Notes under the pieces: generated by a model
What the model saw: the letters and a program-made list of their open reading frames with translations, nothing else
Database searches by the model: none
What the model was told of the DNA's origin: nothing
Part shown: in pieces, positions 20,920 through 30,361 of the stretch
How positions within the stretch are numbered: the stretch's first letter is position 1
Layout of the letters: each line of letters starts with the position of its first letter
DNA from: a virus
Reading direction: 5' to 3' (one strand)
Length of the DNA: 64,000 nucleotides
IMG/VR virus record: IMGVR_UViG_3300033145_001598
Span: 11,595 to 75,594 of that record
Made by a program: the position numbers and the translations under genes

Positions 20920-21534
20920 TTATTTGTTATTTGTTTTCTCGTTATGTTTAACAAGTCTTACTTCATTTACTCCCAGAACATCCATGGTTTGTCTGATAGT
21001 ATATATTTCTTCAAATGAGACATGAATGTCTGCCTTATCATTATTTTTTTCTCCAATCTCGATTACTTTCCCATTCTTACTGACCTGAAAACAACTGGTC
21101 TTACCTGTTTCTTCAGTTAGCTTTTGTAACATAGCCAGATGTCTTCTGTCTAGATCTGGTAGATCTTTATCTGTGATAATTATTTCTAGTGGTTGAAAGA
21201 TTTCTTCTTTTAGTAATTCCTTAAGGTCAAATAATTGAGCCATCGCCTTTTCTCTAGACTGTACGTTTCCATCTTTCATCTCTAATCTTTGGAGGTTGGG
21301 AAGTTTGATTACTCTTACTCCACTAACCTCTTTTGATTCAATGTATTGAGTAACTGCACGTTCTAGAAATGCTCCAAAAGTTATGACTGTAACTCCAGGC
21401 TTCACATGATCTTCTACTCTAAACTGAGGAATGTTTAGAATAGAATATTCTTGTTCAAGTATCTCGAGCCACTTGTTAACTCTCTTAGTCTCTTCTTGTT
21501 TTGCAGCATTTGTGAACGCTATTACTTTTTTCAT
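20920..21534 (-). CDS. Hypothetical protein
   Basis: 204-aa ORF in operon. Confidence 0.6.
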   Translation of the reverse strand: MKKVIAFTNAAKQEETKRVNKWLEILEQEYSILNIPQFRVEDHVKPGVTVITFGAFLERAVTQYIESKEVSGVRVIKLPNLQRLEMKDGNVQSREKAMAQLFDLKELLKEEIFQPLEIIITDKDLPDLDRRHLAMLQKLTEETGKTSCFQVSKNGKVIEIGEKNNDKADIHVSFEEIYTIRQTMDVLGVNEVRLVKHNEKTNNK

Positions 21535-21536
21535 AA

Positions 21537-22115
21537 TTATTCAATCACAGAGAGTGCTCTACTAAACACATCGTCTTCATCTCTGTCAGCATCTGTTGCA
21601 TATGGAAAAATAACCTTCAGACTAAGCGCTGTTCTTCCACCACTCAACTCTACTCTTTTTATTTTCTTGAGATATCCAGCTTGAATTATTTTATAGTTAT
21701 GTGAAACTATTCTACTGATATGTTTCGGTACATATCCAAGAGTAATAGGAGTTACTTTGAGAAATGACATCGAATTTCTTCTAGGATCATCAAGTATTGC
21801 TGGCATAAACTGACCCTTTACAAGGGTAGCATTTTTATCGTATTGATTAGTAGGTTCTGATTCTAGAAGTATCTTAAAGACATCTCCGTTTCTTCCTAAA
21901 GGGTAAGAAACTACATCGTTATTGAAATCAACAACTGGAACTGCCAGGGAACGTGATCTTACTATTGTATGAATAGCATGCTTATAGTTCACCTGCATGT
22001 TCTCATGACCAATACTCTTAGTGTATCCAGCTATATAGAACTCGAAGGTACCTTCATCTATATTGTCTTTGATACCTTGCTTAGCATTAGCTAGCTCACC
22101 CAATAGTCCTGACAT
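21537..22115 (-). CDS. HIRAN-domain-like protein
   Basis: FYIAG, EPTNQYDKNA, LGYVPK. Confidence 0.7.
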   Translation of the reverse strand: MSGLLGELANAKQGIKDNIDEGTFEFYIAGYTKSIGHENMQVNYKHAIHTIVRSRSLAVPVVDFNNDVVSYPLGRNGDVFKILLESEPTNQYDKNATLVKGQFMPAILDDPRRNSMSFLKVTPITLGYVPKHISRIVSHNYKIIQAGYLKKIKRVELSGGRTALSLKVIFPYATDADRDEDDVFSRALSVIE

Positions 22116-22116
22116 T

Positions 22117-22716
22117 TTAGTTTACCTCTCCACTATTGTCATCATCATCTAATATCTCTTCTGCGCCCATGCTAATGATATCTTCTCTAGTGATTGCACC
22201 TTTCTTAAGTAGAATCCTAACAATCTCTTTAGGATCTGCACCAGAAGCTGCTGCAATTGATGCAATACTACTAGCATCATTCATTCTATGATACTGATCT
22301 ATTTCTTCTTGGGTTACTTCTTCTTCTATTGTATGGATCTTGATATTCTTCTGTTGGATAAACTTCAACAGATAGAACCCAACTCCCATCATGAAGAGCA
22401 AACTGTATCTTGTCATCTCCTGACTCATCAGAAGACTAGATAGTTGTGGTCCCATTAGTTTGTAAAGACCACTAACCATTGCCTGAGTCATCAGTGGAAT
22501 AACTTGTTGTCTAGTACTGTTGAGTTCTTCTTGCTTCATCCTGTCACTAACATACTCAGTGATCTTCTCAGTGATTTCAGAGATAGGAATCTCGTCGCCA
22601 TCTTCATCACGAAGTTGGACGGACATCTTGACCTTCCTGCGAGGGTCAATCATTACTATCTTTAGGAGTTGATCTATACTAGGTGTGTCGTCACTCTGCC
22701 ATGGTACGTCGCTCAT
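22117..22716 (-). CDS. Hypothetical protein
   Basis: 199-aa ORF in operon. Confidence 0.6.
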   Translation of the reverse strand: MSDVPWQSDDTPSIDQLLKIVMIDPRRKVKMSVQLRDEDGDEIPISEITEKITEYVSDRMKQEELNSTRQQVIPLMTQAMVSGLYKLMGPQLSSLLMSQEMTRYSLLFMMGVGFYLLKFIQQKNIKIHTIEEEVTQEEIDQYHRMNDASSIASIAAASGADPKEIVRILLKKGAITREDIISMGAEEILDDDDNSGEVN

Positions 22717-23476
22717 CGGTCTCTCCTGTGTCTTTAATTGTCTCTGCTTCTTTTTTCATTTCTTGATAGTCTTTTATAATAGCTTGTAGTTTGATCTCAG
22801 CCTGTCTCATCTTAAAAGTTTCGTTCTTGTCTTTGTATACCGCTTTTACGAATGGGCTGACTTGAATAGCTTCATACAATGAATCAAATTTTTCCTTCAT
22901 GTCTCCAGTCCAACATTTAAACCATGTACCATTGCCCTGGTTTAACGCTGTCGCTAGATCTTTATCATTGACATGTATCTCTAAACCTTTGCTAGAAGCT
23001 TCAGGCAGATACACAACTGCATGCAATGCAGAATAGATAGCCATCATTGTAGCTCTAACTGGAGGCCCTTCGCACGACCCATTTAATTCAATTGGATCCC
23101 TACTCATACTAGGATTAATCGTCACATAATATGCAGAGGAATTATATGTTAACTCATCAGATACACAGTTAATTATTAGGTGTTCTGACTGCTCGATATC
23201 AGGTACAACAAGTTGGATTTTCTCTTCCAAAATTTTTATTTGATTTTGAAGACCAGCCAGATTTGTTACTAACTCGTCTAGATAGTGACGGAGAACTCCA
23301 GTTTCCCCGCCACTATTGTTTTCATTAGTTATGGGTTTAATTACACCCATGCAACTGCAACTGGAATCGCATTTCTCAGACATGCTGCTAACCTCTTCAC
23401 TTCGCTTGCATTTAATGGAACTGTGTGAGAGATGGGATCGCCATCTGTTTGTTTCATCCGAGCAGTAAACATACAA
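22691..23476 (-). CDS. Hypothetical protein, possible degenerate RNase HI-like fold; true start probably near 23333
   Basis: RATMMAIYSAL...LEIHVND..LA..LN resembles RNase HI helix A/strand 4, but catalytic acids are not evident. Confidence 0.35.
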   Translation of the reverse strand: MYVYCSDETNRWRSHLSHSSIKCKRSEEVSSMSEKCDSSCSCMGVIKPITNENNSGGETGVLRHYLDELVTNLAGLQNQIKILEEKIQLVVPDIEQSEHLIINCVSDELTYNSSAYYVTINPSMSRDPIELNGSCEGPPVRATMMAIYSALHAVVYLPEASSKGLEIHVNDKDLATALNQGNGTWFKCWTGDMKEKFDSLYEAIQVSPFVKAVYKDKNETFKMRQAEIKLQAIIKDYQEMKKEAETIKDTGETDERRTMAE

Positions 23477-23922
23477 CCTACCTGGATTCCCTTAGGAGTG
23501 GTAATATCCAACCACTTCTGGACTTTGCCTTGTGAAGCAGTTTTTGCTCCAGGATCATGCATTAATTTGCATTCACCATTTCCACCATCACAACCTTCTA
23601 AGACACAGAGAATTTGACTCATATCTTCTATGCTCAGAGCCATGACAATTTTGTTGTCCCAGTCATAGTCATTCTTTCCTCTAGCACTGGTGATTTCCAT
23701 AAAGATAGCACCTTCTCGGCTTTTCATTCTTCCAGCTGAACAAGGACTATTACTATCGTTTGTGTTTACACACGGATCTGGTGCATACTTTGAATCGTAT
23801 ACCTTTGCCTTACACTGAGCACAGTAGTAATGAGGTCGCTGCAGATTGAACTGTAGTGCTCCCCACTTTCCTGTTACGCCCTTGTAGAAGGCTAGTTGCA
23901 ATGGACTAATTGTGTTACTCAT
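23341..23922 (-). CDS. Whirly-like ssDNA-binding protein with inserted Cys4 zinc ribbon
   Basis: Ordered motifs YKG, SREG, YDW..K..MALS..D, C..MHDP, GKVQK.L, P..ASE..L, P....W match plant Whirly proteins as I recall them. Confidence 0.7.
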   Translation of the reverse strand: MSNTISPLQLAFYKGVTGKWGALQFNLQRPHYYCAQCKAKVYDSKYAPDPCVNTNDSNSPCSAGRMKSREGAIFMEITSARGKNDYDWDNKIVMALSIEDMSQILCVLEGCDGGNGECKLMHDPGAKTASQGKVQKWLDITTPKGIQVGCMFTARMKQTDGDPISHTVPLNASEVKRLAACLRNAIPVAVAWV

Positions 23923-24283
23923 TTTCTTTTTTCTCCCTATTTTTTTTACCTAAGTTACTCAGCTTAGGATTCTCTTCGAAGTGTTTCCTCCACCTGGTCA
24001 TTTCCAGACCTTGAGCCATAAATGCTACATCGACTGTGGGTTTTGAATAGTAGGCTCTCCTAATCTCGTCTTCACTAGGACCTACTCCTTCACAGCCTGC
24101 CATGGATGCACCTAACATGTACCCAAGGTTTCCATAGGCTAATATAATTTCAGGGATAGTAGGATGATGTTTGTTGAAGAGTTTACGTGTTTTGTCGAGG
24201 ATTTTTAGTACTTTCTCTTCGTTTACTTCCTGACTATCTATCTCTTTCCTTTTCTTCCTCTTAAAACGATCTAAGAAACTCAT
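23915..24283 (-). CDS. Hypothetical protein
   Basis: 122-aa ORF. Confidence 0.6.
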   Translation of the reverse strand: MSFLDRFKRKKRKEIDSQEVNEEKVLKILDKTRKLFNKHHPTIPEIILAYGNLGYMLGASMAGCEGVGPSEDEIRRAYYSKPTVDVAFMAQGLEMTRWRKHFEENPKLSNLGKKNREKKENE

Positions 24284-24313
24284 AATATCAAATTCTCCTT
24301 ACAAAGTCTAGTA

Positions 24314-25126
24314 TTATTCTATGTCTAAATCATCTAATCTGTCATCTAAATCATCACCAGTTGCTGATAAAGCCGTCGGTGTACTCTGTTTACCTTTGGC
24401 TTTTCCATCGGGATAAGACCTAAGACCTTTACATTTTGGATAGGCTACACAACCAAAGAAATGGCCGAACTTACCTGCTCTCTTCTTCATTGGACCTTTA
24501 CAAATAGGACAGTCAAGATCTATGTATAGTTGTACTATTCTCTCGTGAGTACGCAGAGCGGCTTCCATGTTTGTTCTTGGAGTAGAACTCTCCAGCTGTC
24601 CATCAGTCAATCGAACATCTGTTTTAAAGTAACAACCATTTGAAGTAGGACGAGCTTGAAACGGAACTCCTGTCCATTCGGTAATAATTATCCTGGTTGG
24701 TACTTGTGTAACAGCTACTGTTCTTTCAATAGGAGAATTCATTGAAGCACACCAGGCAGCATAGCTTATCTCATCTCCATATCTATTCTTAAGGACCAAT
24801 ACTGCTTCAGCAGCTACTCGTACATTATCTATATGATCACTTATTTCAGGCGCATTACCTGCCTGCATTCTGTCTAGAATAAGAGAATCATAAGCGGCAC
24901 TTCTCACTTCAGGATATTGTGCTTGCAAGATTTCTCTGGTTCTGTCTTCTTCCATTGCAATCGCTTCTGCGGACTCTTGAGTTGCATCTATACCATGATA
25001 GTTCTGAAAGTCACTTGCCACTCCTGAGTATATAGGTGCTCGTTCTTGAACAACTCTGTTTAACTCTCGTGACCATGCTCTTGCATGAGCATCCGGAATT
25101 CCATTCGGTGGGTCTCCAGCTGGCAT
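24314..25126 (-). CDS. Protein with topoisomerase-I-type C4 zinc ribbon and acidic tail DDLDDRLDDLDIE
   Basis: CPICKGPM.KRAGKFGHFFGCVAYPKC. Confidence 0.8.
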   Translation of the reverse strand: MPAGDPPNGIPDAHARAWSRELNRVVQERAPIYSGVASDFQNYHGIDATQESAEAIAMEEDRTREILQAQYPEVRSAAYDSLILDRMQAGNAPEISDHIDNVRVAAEAVLVLKNRYGDEISYAAWCASMNSPIERTVAVTQVPTRIIITEWTGVPFQARPTSNGCYFKTDVRLTDGQLESSTPRTNMEAALRTHERIVQLYIDLDCPICKGPMKKRAGKFGHFFGCVAYPKCKGLRSYPDGKAKGKQSTPTALSATGDDLDDRLDDLDIE

Positions 25127-25134
25127 ACTGTCCT

Positions 25135-25398
25135 CTAATTCATTACTAATGGATCTTGGTCTGGGTCATATCCCTGAGAGGTAATGTCAAATGTGTCCCA
25201 GACAACAATTGAGTCTGGTTCTCCTCCAAGTTCAAGTCTTTTCTTTTCTACACATGAAGGGTTGGCACACGTTATAATTAAGAATACTTTTTCATTCTCA
25301 TCATCGTGTCCTAAGTTGAGTTTCCACTCGGTACCATGACAGTCACCACATACATACTCTGTGGTTTCAATTGGGATTTTACTCATTAATTTCTCCAT
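25135..25398 (-). CDS. Small Zn-ribbon protein
   Basis: CGDC...CANPSC. Confidence 0.55.
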   Translation of the reverse strand: MEKLMSKIPIETTEYVCGDCHGTEWKLNLGHDDENEKVFLIITCANPSCVEKKRLELGGEPDSIVVWDTFDITSQGYDPDQDPLVMN

Positions 25399-25737
25399 CT
25401 CTGGAGCAGGACTCTTGGCGGGAAGTCTTTGTGACCTGCCCTATTGATCAGATAGTACAGGTCTGTATAGTGTCATCGTTAGCACTAGAAGATTACTAAA
25501 TCCTAATTGTTCGATCTACTCTCAACGTGCTCTGCCGAACATTTGCTCTTTCACACGAATTATGGTTTCAATCCAGCTCATTCCTACCTTATATGTACCA
25601 ACGATCATAATATTAGCATGGTAATAATATAATCTAAGTAATTTCGGATTTAGTTTTTCAGAATGAGTTACCGCTTTCTTTAGCTCGCGGGCAGCTGTTA
25701 TATTAGAACCAGTCTCTTTTATTATAGAGATCTGGGG

Positions 25738-26403
25738 CTAAGTAGTTTTCTTTCTCCGTTTTCTTATCTTTTTCTGTTTTTTAGCAGGTTTCAAGATACC
25801 ATCTATAATTCCGTACTCTAGAGCTCCTTCTGCTGTTAAATAAATGTCGTTACCATTTAGTAAGTATTCTTTTACTTCCTTTTCGGTCTCGAACACACTA
25901 TGTTGTGTCCAGAATTTAATCTCTCGGTTGTATTCCTGTTCTACCCACTTTAATTGAGAGAGTATTTGATCTCTGGTTCCACCCATAAAGTCTGTATAGA
26001 ATCCATGTACCATAATGGTAGCATCAGAATCGGCAAGTCTTTTACCTACCGTACCAGCAGCTAGAATACATGCTCCCATAGAACATACTTCTCCTACTGC
26101 TACAGTTTTCACGTCCATACGGACATGTTTCATCATAGATATAAGAGCTGATCCTTCTGCTATTTGTCCACCAACAGAATTGACTACGATTTGAACATCG
26201 TCTTTCCAATGAGGATTGAGGTGCTTGAGTAGAATGTCTTGCTGTATCTCTGTTAGACTACCTTCGTCTATTTCTCCCACAATATAGTAAACCCCTTGTG
26301 TTTTGAGGCCTTCTTCAGCAAGCGGTGGTTCTAGTTTGGCATCATCTAAAAACTCAAACAGACTAGTACCTCCTGAATCTTTCCTACGTACACGCATGAG
26401 CAC
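25738..26403 (-). CDS. clpP: ClpP-family protease proteolytic subunit
   Basis: VNSVGG, CSMG (catalytic Ser), IMVH (His), DIYLTAEGALEYGIID (Asp). Confidence 0.92.
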   Translation of the reverse strand: MLMRVRRKDSGGTSLFEFLDDAKLEPPLAEEGLKTQGVYYIVGEIDEGSLTEIQQDILLKHLNPHWKDDVQIVVNSVGGQIAEGSALISMMKHVRMDVKTVAVGEVCSMGACILAAGTVGKRLADSDATIMVHGFYTDFMGGTRDQILSQLKWVEQEYNREIKFWTQHSVFETEKEVKEYLLNGNDIYLTAEGALEYGIIDGILKPAKKQKKIRKRRKKTT

Positions 26404-26532
26404 TCCTACTTACAACTACCTATACATCCATTATTCTACCTCTTTCAGTAGTTATTGACACTACTGATCTATAAAATATATAAGTATAGGAATTCATTCA
26501 TAAATTAGAAAGATGTCCAGGTTTGAACCTAG

Positions 26533-26874
26533 TTAATCAGCACGCATGAACTTTACTTCTTTGCTTGCATATACTCTCTTCGTCTTGATAGCAATGGCTT
26601 CAACTTCGCCCCCGCCCTCGACCCAAGAATCTTTACTCTCAAGGTTTAGTGGTGCCATGGAAGCTAGATCTATGATATCAACCCATCCTTCCTCATCGTC
26701 AGCGGCTATAGCGCCCTTACACCACTTACCGTCCACCATCACCAGTGTTTTTTCGAACTTGGGGTCGGTTTTGTCTATTTTCATTGCTTCTTCCTTGGTT
26801 TTTCTTACCTTGGTAATTTCTGTTACCTTGGTAGCCTCCCTTCCTGGGTGGTCTGTTTTTCCATACCTTTCCAC
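26533..26874 (-). CDS. Hypothetical protein; start probably at MKIDK (about 26784)
   Basis: ORF track; ADDEEGWV. Confidence 0.5.
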   Translation of the reverse strand: MERYGKTDHPGREATKVTEITKVRKTKEEAMKIDKTDPKFEKTLVMVDGKWCKGAIAADDEEGWVDIIDLASMAPLNLESKDSWVEGGGEVEAIAIKTKRVYASKEVKFMRAD

Positions 26875-27085
26875 AAGTTGTACACTCGAACTCTTTTCTT
26901 ATGGGGCCATGGCTCTTGTATTGTATCCAGATCTCTATCATTGTTCCGGTGCAGGAGTACCTCCTACAATCTTTGATAGGACTCAAGACGTCTTTCATAT
27001 AGGGAGCTGCACAATAGGTATGTTTGTTTCGACCTGACATTCACTTACCTGAAGATAGTATCAGATAAGTGTACTGGATCATTAA

Positions 27086-27625
27086 CTATAGGTCAAGGTG
27101 ATCTATCTGGTCTGAAAGGTCATCTCCTGAAGAGCTATGTAATCCTTTCTTATATCCTGCTTCAAACCCCTCTTGCCACAGATCGTCCAGGTCTTTCCTG
27201 TTGAAGATAGGTTTTTCTGTGTCCATAGGATGCATAGGAGCCTCTACAGCGGTCTTTAATGCTAACCAGGTGGTAGGGACTGGTCCGTGTGACAAAGCTC
27301 TAGAAACGTCTTCCAGGATGTCTCGTAGCCCTCTCTGATTGACTGGAATCCTATCAGCTAGCTTTTTCAGATCTCTACCTACGTTATCGAAGTATCTATC
27401 CACTACTAGCTTGGTTCTATCAGCACAGATGGTTACATACTCACTCATAGTCTCTAGGGTAACCTCATAGGATCGACCCTTTGCATTAACATTAACAGTT
27501 CTCTCTTTATCTGCTTCAGAGACTAAGTTAACGATATTCTTAAGGTCTTCCACAATTATATCAAGTTCATTATGGTAGACGTGGACCGGTGCTTCGTATT
27601 CCGGGATAGTTGGAGGTGCAGGCAT
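27086..27625 (-). CDS. Hypothetical protein with acidic tail DDLSDQIDHLDL
   Basis: 179-aa ORF. Confidence 0.65.
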   Translation of the reverse strand: MPAPPTIPEYEAPVHVYHNELDIIVEDLKNIVNLVSEADKERTVNVNAKGRSYEVTLETMSEYVTICADRTKLVVDRYFDNVGRDLKKLADRIPVNQRGLRDILEDVSRALSHGPVPTTWLALKTAVEAPMHPMDTEKPIFNRKDLDDLWQEGFEAGYKKGLHSSSGDDLSDQIDHLDL

Positions 27626-28055
27626 CTCTTGCTCTTTCTAGTTCGTTGATTATTTTTAATATCTTATTGGGATATTGTCTATCGTACCAATTATAGTGTC
27701 TTAGCCAGTGATGTGTTCCTTTGTTCTTAGCCAGACACGATTTTTTCATCTGATATAGCAGTCGGACACCTTCCTTGATATTACATTCCATCTTTTTTAC
27801 GTTACATCTGTTACAAAATTTAAATGGACTGTCTTTAGGACAATGGAGCTGCATTAGACCATAGTCATTGGTTCTACTAGGATACTTTAGCTGTCTGAAG
27901 CTGCTTTCATGCTTCATAATAGCTAAAACTACTATAGGATCTACTTTATACTTGTTTGTATACTGACAGGTATAGGTGGCGATCGCTTTAGACTCTCTGT
28001 ATGGTTGTCCTTGGGTAGATAGGAGGCAAATCAAGAGAACTATGCAAGTTTTCAC
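27570..28055 (-). CDS. Secreted lytic transglycosylase (SLT domain)
   Basis: Signal peptide; AIMKHESSF (catalytic Glu), YGLMQL, NIKEG, HYN. Confidence 0.85.
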   Translation of the reverse strand: MKTCIVLLICLLSTQGQPYRESKAIATYTCQYTNKYKVDPIVVLAIMKHESSFRQLKYPSRTNDYGLMQLHCPKDSPFKFCNRCNVKKMECNIKEGVRLLYQMKKSCLAKNKGTHHWLRHYNWYDRQYPNKILKIINELERARDACTSNYPGIRSTGPRLP

Positions 28056-28537
28056 TTAGCATCAGCTTTCTTTTTCTTTATAACTCCTTTCAATTTGATT
28101 AATTCCTTCTCAGTGACCTCTAGCCAGTCTTCATATGTCTTTCTGTACCAGGCTACGGGACTATCTGTTACCTGGCCTGGTTCTCTGGCTATTTTCTTGT
28201 TGAGGAGTCTCTTGGCAGACACAGGGTTCTCTCCACAGAGTACTGATCGAGGGTCTACTGCTGTGACTACGATCTTATAGACAGGACTGTCACGGTGGGG
28301 GGTTCGTACTACATATCCTTTACAGAAGAAGTACGAGGTTTTGTCTGCTGGGTCTGCAAAGGCATGAAAATAGACGAGTTTGCCGATGCCAAGCTTAGTC
28401 TTCTTAATAGGGGGACTACCACGCTGGGGTTTTCTTCTGTTGGAATTATTTCTGTTCATATTCCTGAACCTGGAGTTGGCACTGCCAGCCGTTGGACTGG
28501 TGAGGACTTCCATCCTGAAGAGGGATAGAGCGACCAC
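28052..28537 (-). CDS. Basic hypothetical protein in the RT operon; start probably about 28459
   Basis: ORF track; Lys/Arg-rich. Confidence 0.55.
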   Translation of the reverse strand: MVALSLFRMEVLTSPTAGSANSRFRNMNRNNSNRRKPQRGSPPIKKTKLGIGKLVYFHAFADPADKTSYFFCKGYVVRTPHRDSPVYKIVVTAVDPRSVLCGENPVSAKRLLNKKIAREPGQVTDSPVAWYRKTYEDWLEVTEKELIKLKGVIKKKKADAK

Positions 28538-28694
28538 AGTTCATATTGGTACAGTACTGTGCATTTTTTGCCTTCCGGACTTTCCATTTAGTATTGCTAC
28601 AATAGCTACACCTAGGACCTTGTATTACTTCACCGTCCTCGGCACAATTGAGCTCTTCTACTTCTTTTCCGCTAGAAACATTAATTACTACCAT
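28446..28694 (-). CDS. Small Zn-ribbon protein overlapping the RT stop
   Basis: CSYC...CTNMNC. Confidence 0.55.
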   Translation of the reverse strand: MVVINVSSGKEVEELNCAEDGEVIQGPRCSYCSNTKWKVRKAKNAQYCTNMNCGRSIPLQDGSPHQSNGWQCQLQVQEYEQK

Positions 28695-29562
28695 TCTGCC
28701 ACCTATTCCTTCTTCTTTCGAAGTATAATGTCATGGCTTGGTACTGTTCCATGCTTATCTGTTTAACGTAGTTCAACTTCCCTTTTATTCTATCATCAAT
28801 TGATATATTTTGTCGGGCAACCTTGTCTAATTCAGCTCTCAATCTTCTTTTAAACTCTCTTGGAACCTTCATTGTACCATCACTTACGGATATTCCAGTG
28901 ATTCTTTGTGGTTTGCTGCCTCTATACAACAGCTTACTCTTCTTATGGTTTACCCTGTATCCATAATCTTGTATTATTTCACAGACTGTCTTCTGAAAGC
29001 CTTTAACTAGCTTCTCTCCACTAAAAGATAGATCATCCATATATCTTGTGTATCTTAAGCTATATTGTTTAGCTAAGGAATCTATTTCTTTATCAACTGG
29101 AGTAAAAGAGATGTTGGCTAAGACAGGTGAAGATGGCGCCCCGGTGGGTAGCCTCTCGTCAAGGAAGCAAAAGCCGGCCGCTTCGGTAAGGAGAGGGACA
29201 ACATCCATATAGCTACCCACTAGGGCATAATTGAATTTATTTATATCAGTAGATGGAAAGAATCTTTTAACATCTAGGTTCAGGATCATGTTTGATCCTA
29301 GATGCTGTTTGGCGTTGTGTATTGCTCCCTTACCTGGGACTCCATAGACAGCAGAATGTAGGGGGAATAGATCTAAGATACTAATGAGCTTTTGTTGGAT
29401 AGCTTTGAGAGGCTCAGTAGGTTCTTCTATGAGTCTGTATCCACCATTAGGTTTAGGTATGCCAAATCTAATGTAATTATCTGGTAGATTTTGTTTAAGC
29501 TCTCTAAGTTTGATCTCTTCTACTCCTGTACTATGAGCTAACTTTCTGTAGATATCTTCCAT
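28681..29562 (-). CDS. Retron-type reverse transcriptase (293 aa, RT domain only)
   Basis: IPKPNGGYRLI..P, NAKQH (retron NAxxH), LDVKRFFPS, LPTGAPSSP, YTRYMDDLSFS, NHKKS, RITG (retron VTG equivalent). Confidence 0.9.
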   Translation of the reverse strand: MEDIYRKLAHSTGVEEIKLRELKQNLPDNYIRFGIPKPNGGYRLIEEPTEPLKAIQQKLISILDLFPLHSAVYGVPGKGAIHNAKQHLGSNMILNLDVKRFFPSTDINKFNYALVGSYMDVVPLLTEAAGFCFLDERLPTGAPSSPVLANISFTPVDKEIDSLAKQYSLRYTRYMDDLSFSGEKLVKGFQKTVCEIIQDYGYRVNHKKSKLLYRGSKPQRITGISVSDGTMKVPREFKRRLRAELDKVARQNISIDDRIKGKLNYVKQISMEQYQAMTLYFERRRNRWQNGSN

Positions 29563-29796
29563 CTCTCTTGTTGTTCCTTCTGCGTTTAATCAGCAGTCCC
29601 TTCATATAGGGACCCCGTATACCACGCAGTATTTACCTTATATACCCTGTTACTAATTAGTTTATAAGATCTATTAACTATTCATGAGCTCATCAGTCCC
29701 TCATAACCTCAGCTAGCGCTGTTGTTGTGACTGATGATTTCATCATCAGGCACGCGAAGTGCAGGGCACGAGCATGAGGGTCTGATGATGAAAACT
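29563..29796 (-). ncRNA. Putative RT-associated structured ncRNA (msr/msd-like)
   Basis: Non-coding gap directly upstream of the RT. Perfect 12-bp (29738-49/29782-93) and 9-bp (29690-98/29729-37) stems, a 15-nt inverted repeat (29690-704/29774-88) and a further motif copy at 29590-605. Confidence 0.6.
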
Positions 29797-29949
29797 CTAT
29801 GTCTGAGCGTTGGCAGAATCGCCTTCGTCTATTTCTCTTGCTGCTTCTACTACTTTCTCTATTTTAACTCGGTCTGATCCGAGGTGTCGTCTCTTTCGCA
29901 GAGGTTGCAGTGGATAGTTAGCTCTCTTCTTCTTCTTTCTTCTACTCAT
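29797..29949 (-). CDS. Small basic protein (50 aa)
   Basis: Manual ORF MSRRKKKKRANYPLQPLRKRRHLGSDRVKIEKVVEAAREIDEGDSANAQT, GGAGG Shine-Dalgarno, overlaps upstream stop. Confidence 0.55.
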   Translation of the reverse strand: MSRRKKKKRANYPLQPLRKRRHLGSDRVKIEKVVEAAREIDEGDSANAQT

Positions 29950-30361
29950 TTTCTTCCTCCATACAGTCGGCTATTCTATCCGTTATGTCATCACTAGGTA
30001 AGTCGTCTAATTTTTTGAACGGAACAGATGGTCCTCTTATTGCTAGATCATAGTTTCCAGTGTCTTGATTATAGCTAGCAAGAACTCCAAATCGACCATT
30101 GTCACCTTCCCAAGTCTTTAATATTCTATCTATCTCAAACTTAGGAATACTTATCTCTCCCTCTTTTCCATATCTCATACAGAACCAGGCCATTACAACA
30201 GCAGCTGCTTGTTCTCCAGGCATATGATCTAGGTTCAGAGGCTCTACTGTAGTGGGTTTAGTAGATAGCTCATCTTCACCGGAGCCTGCATGGTATGCAT
30301 ATGAGTTTGAATAAGAAGCCATGTAATCTCCTGGATCTCTTCCTTTGCGTCCTCCTGCCAT
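29942..30361 (-). CDS. Hypothetical protein with DDITDRI near the C-terminus
   Basis: 139-aa ORF, TAATG coupling. Confidence 0.6.
   Translation of the reverse strand: MAGGRKGRDPGDYMASYSNSYAYHAGSGEDELSTKPTTVEPLNLDHMPGEQAAAVVMAWFCMRYGKEGEISIPKFEIDRILKTWEGDNGRFGVLASYNQDTGNYDLAIRGPSVPFKKLDDLPSDDITDRIADCMEEENE

Noticed and set aside
25399-25737. Possible tmRNA (minus-strand frame reads ANDDTIQTCTI*)
   Set aside because: No tRNA-like ends or T arm and the tag lacks the terminal AA; probably promoter region or a decayed ORF
28681-29562. RT as a diversity-generating retroelement or group II intron
   Set aside because: No TR/VR pair with adenine-specific differences seen, no Avd-like gene, no maturase/X domain or intron domain V; NAxxH and ITG motifs indicate the retron class
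29680-29795. Hammerhead ribozyme suggested by several CTGATGA and GAAA strings
   Set aside because: No stem II between CUGAUGA and GAAA and no consistent stems I/III on either strand; the strings are explained by the inverted repeats
29675-29920. Alternative retron a1/a2 pair TAACTATCCA/TGAATAGTTA with two small msr-like hairpins at about 29868-29903
   Set aside because: The 5' half lies inside a credible 50-aa ORF with a Shine-Dalgarno and the pairing is AT-rich (9/10); weaker than the 15-nt repeat model, though not excluded
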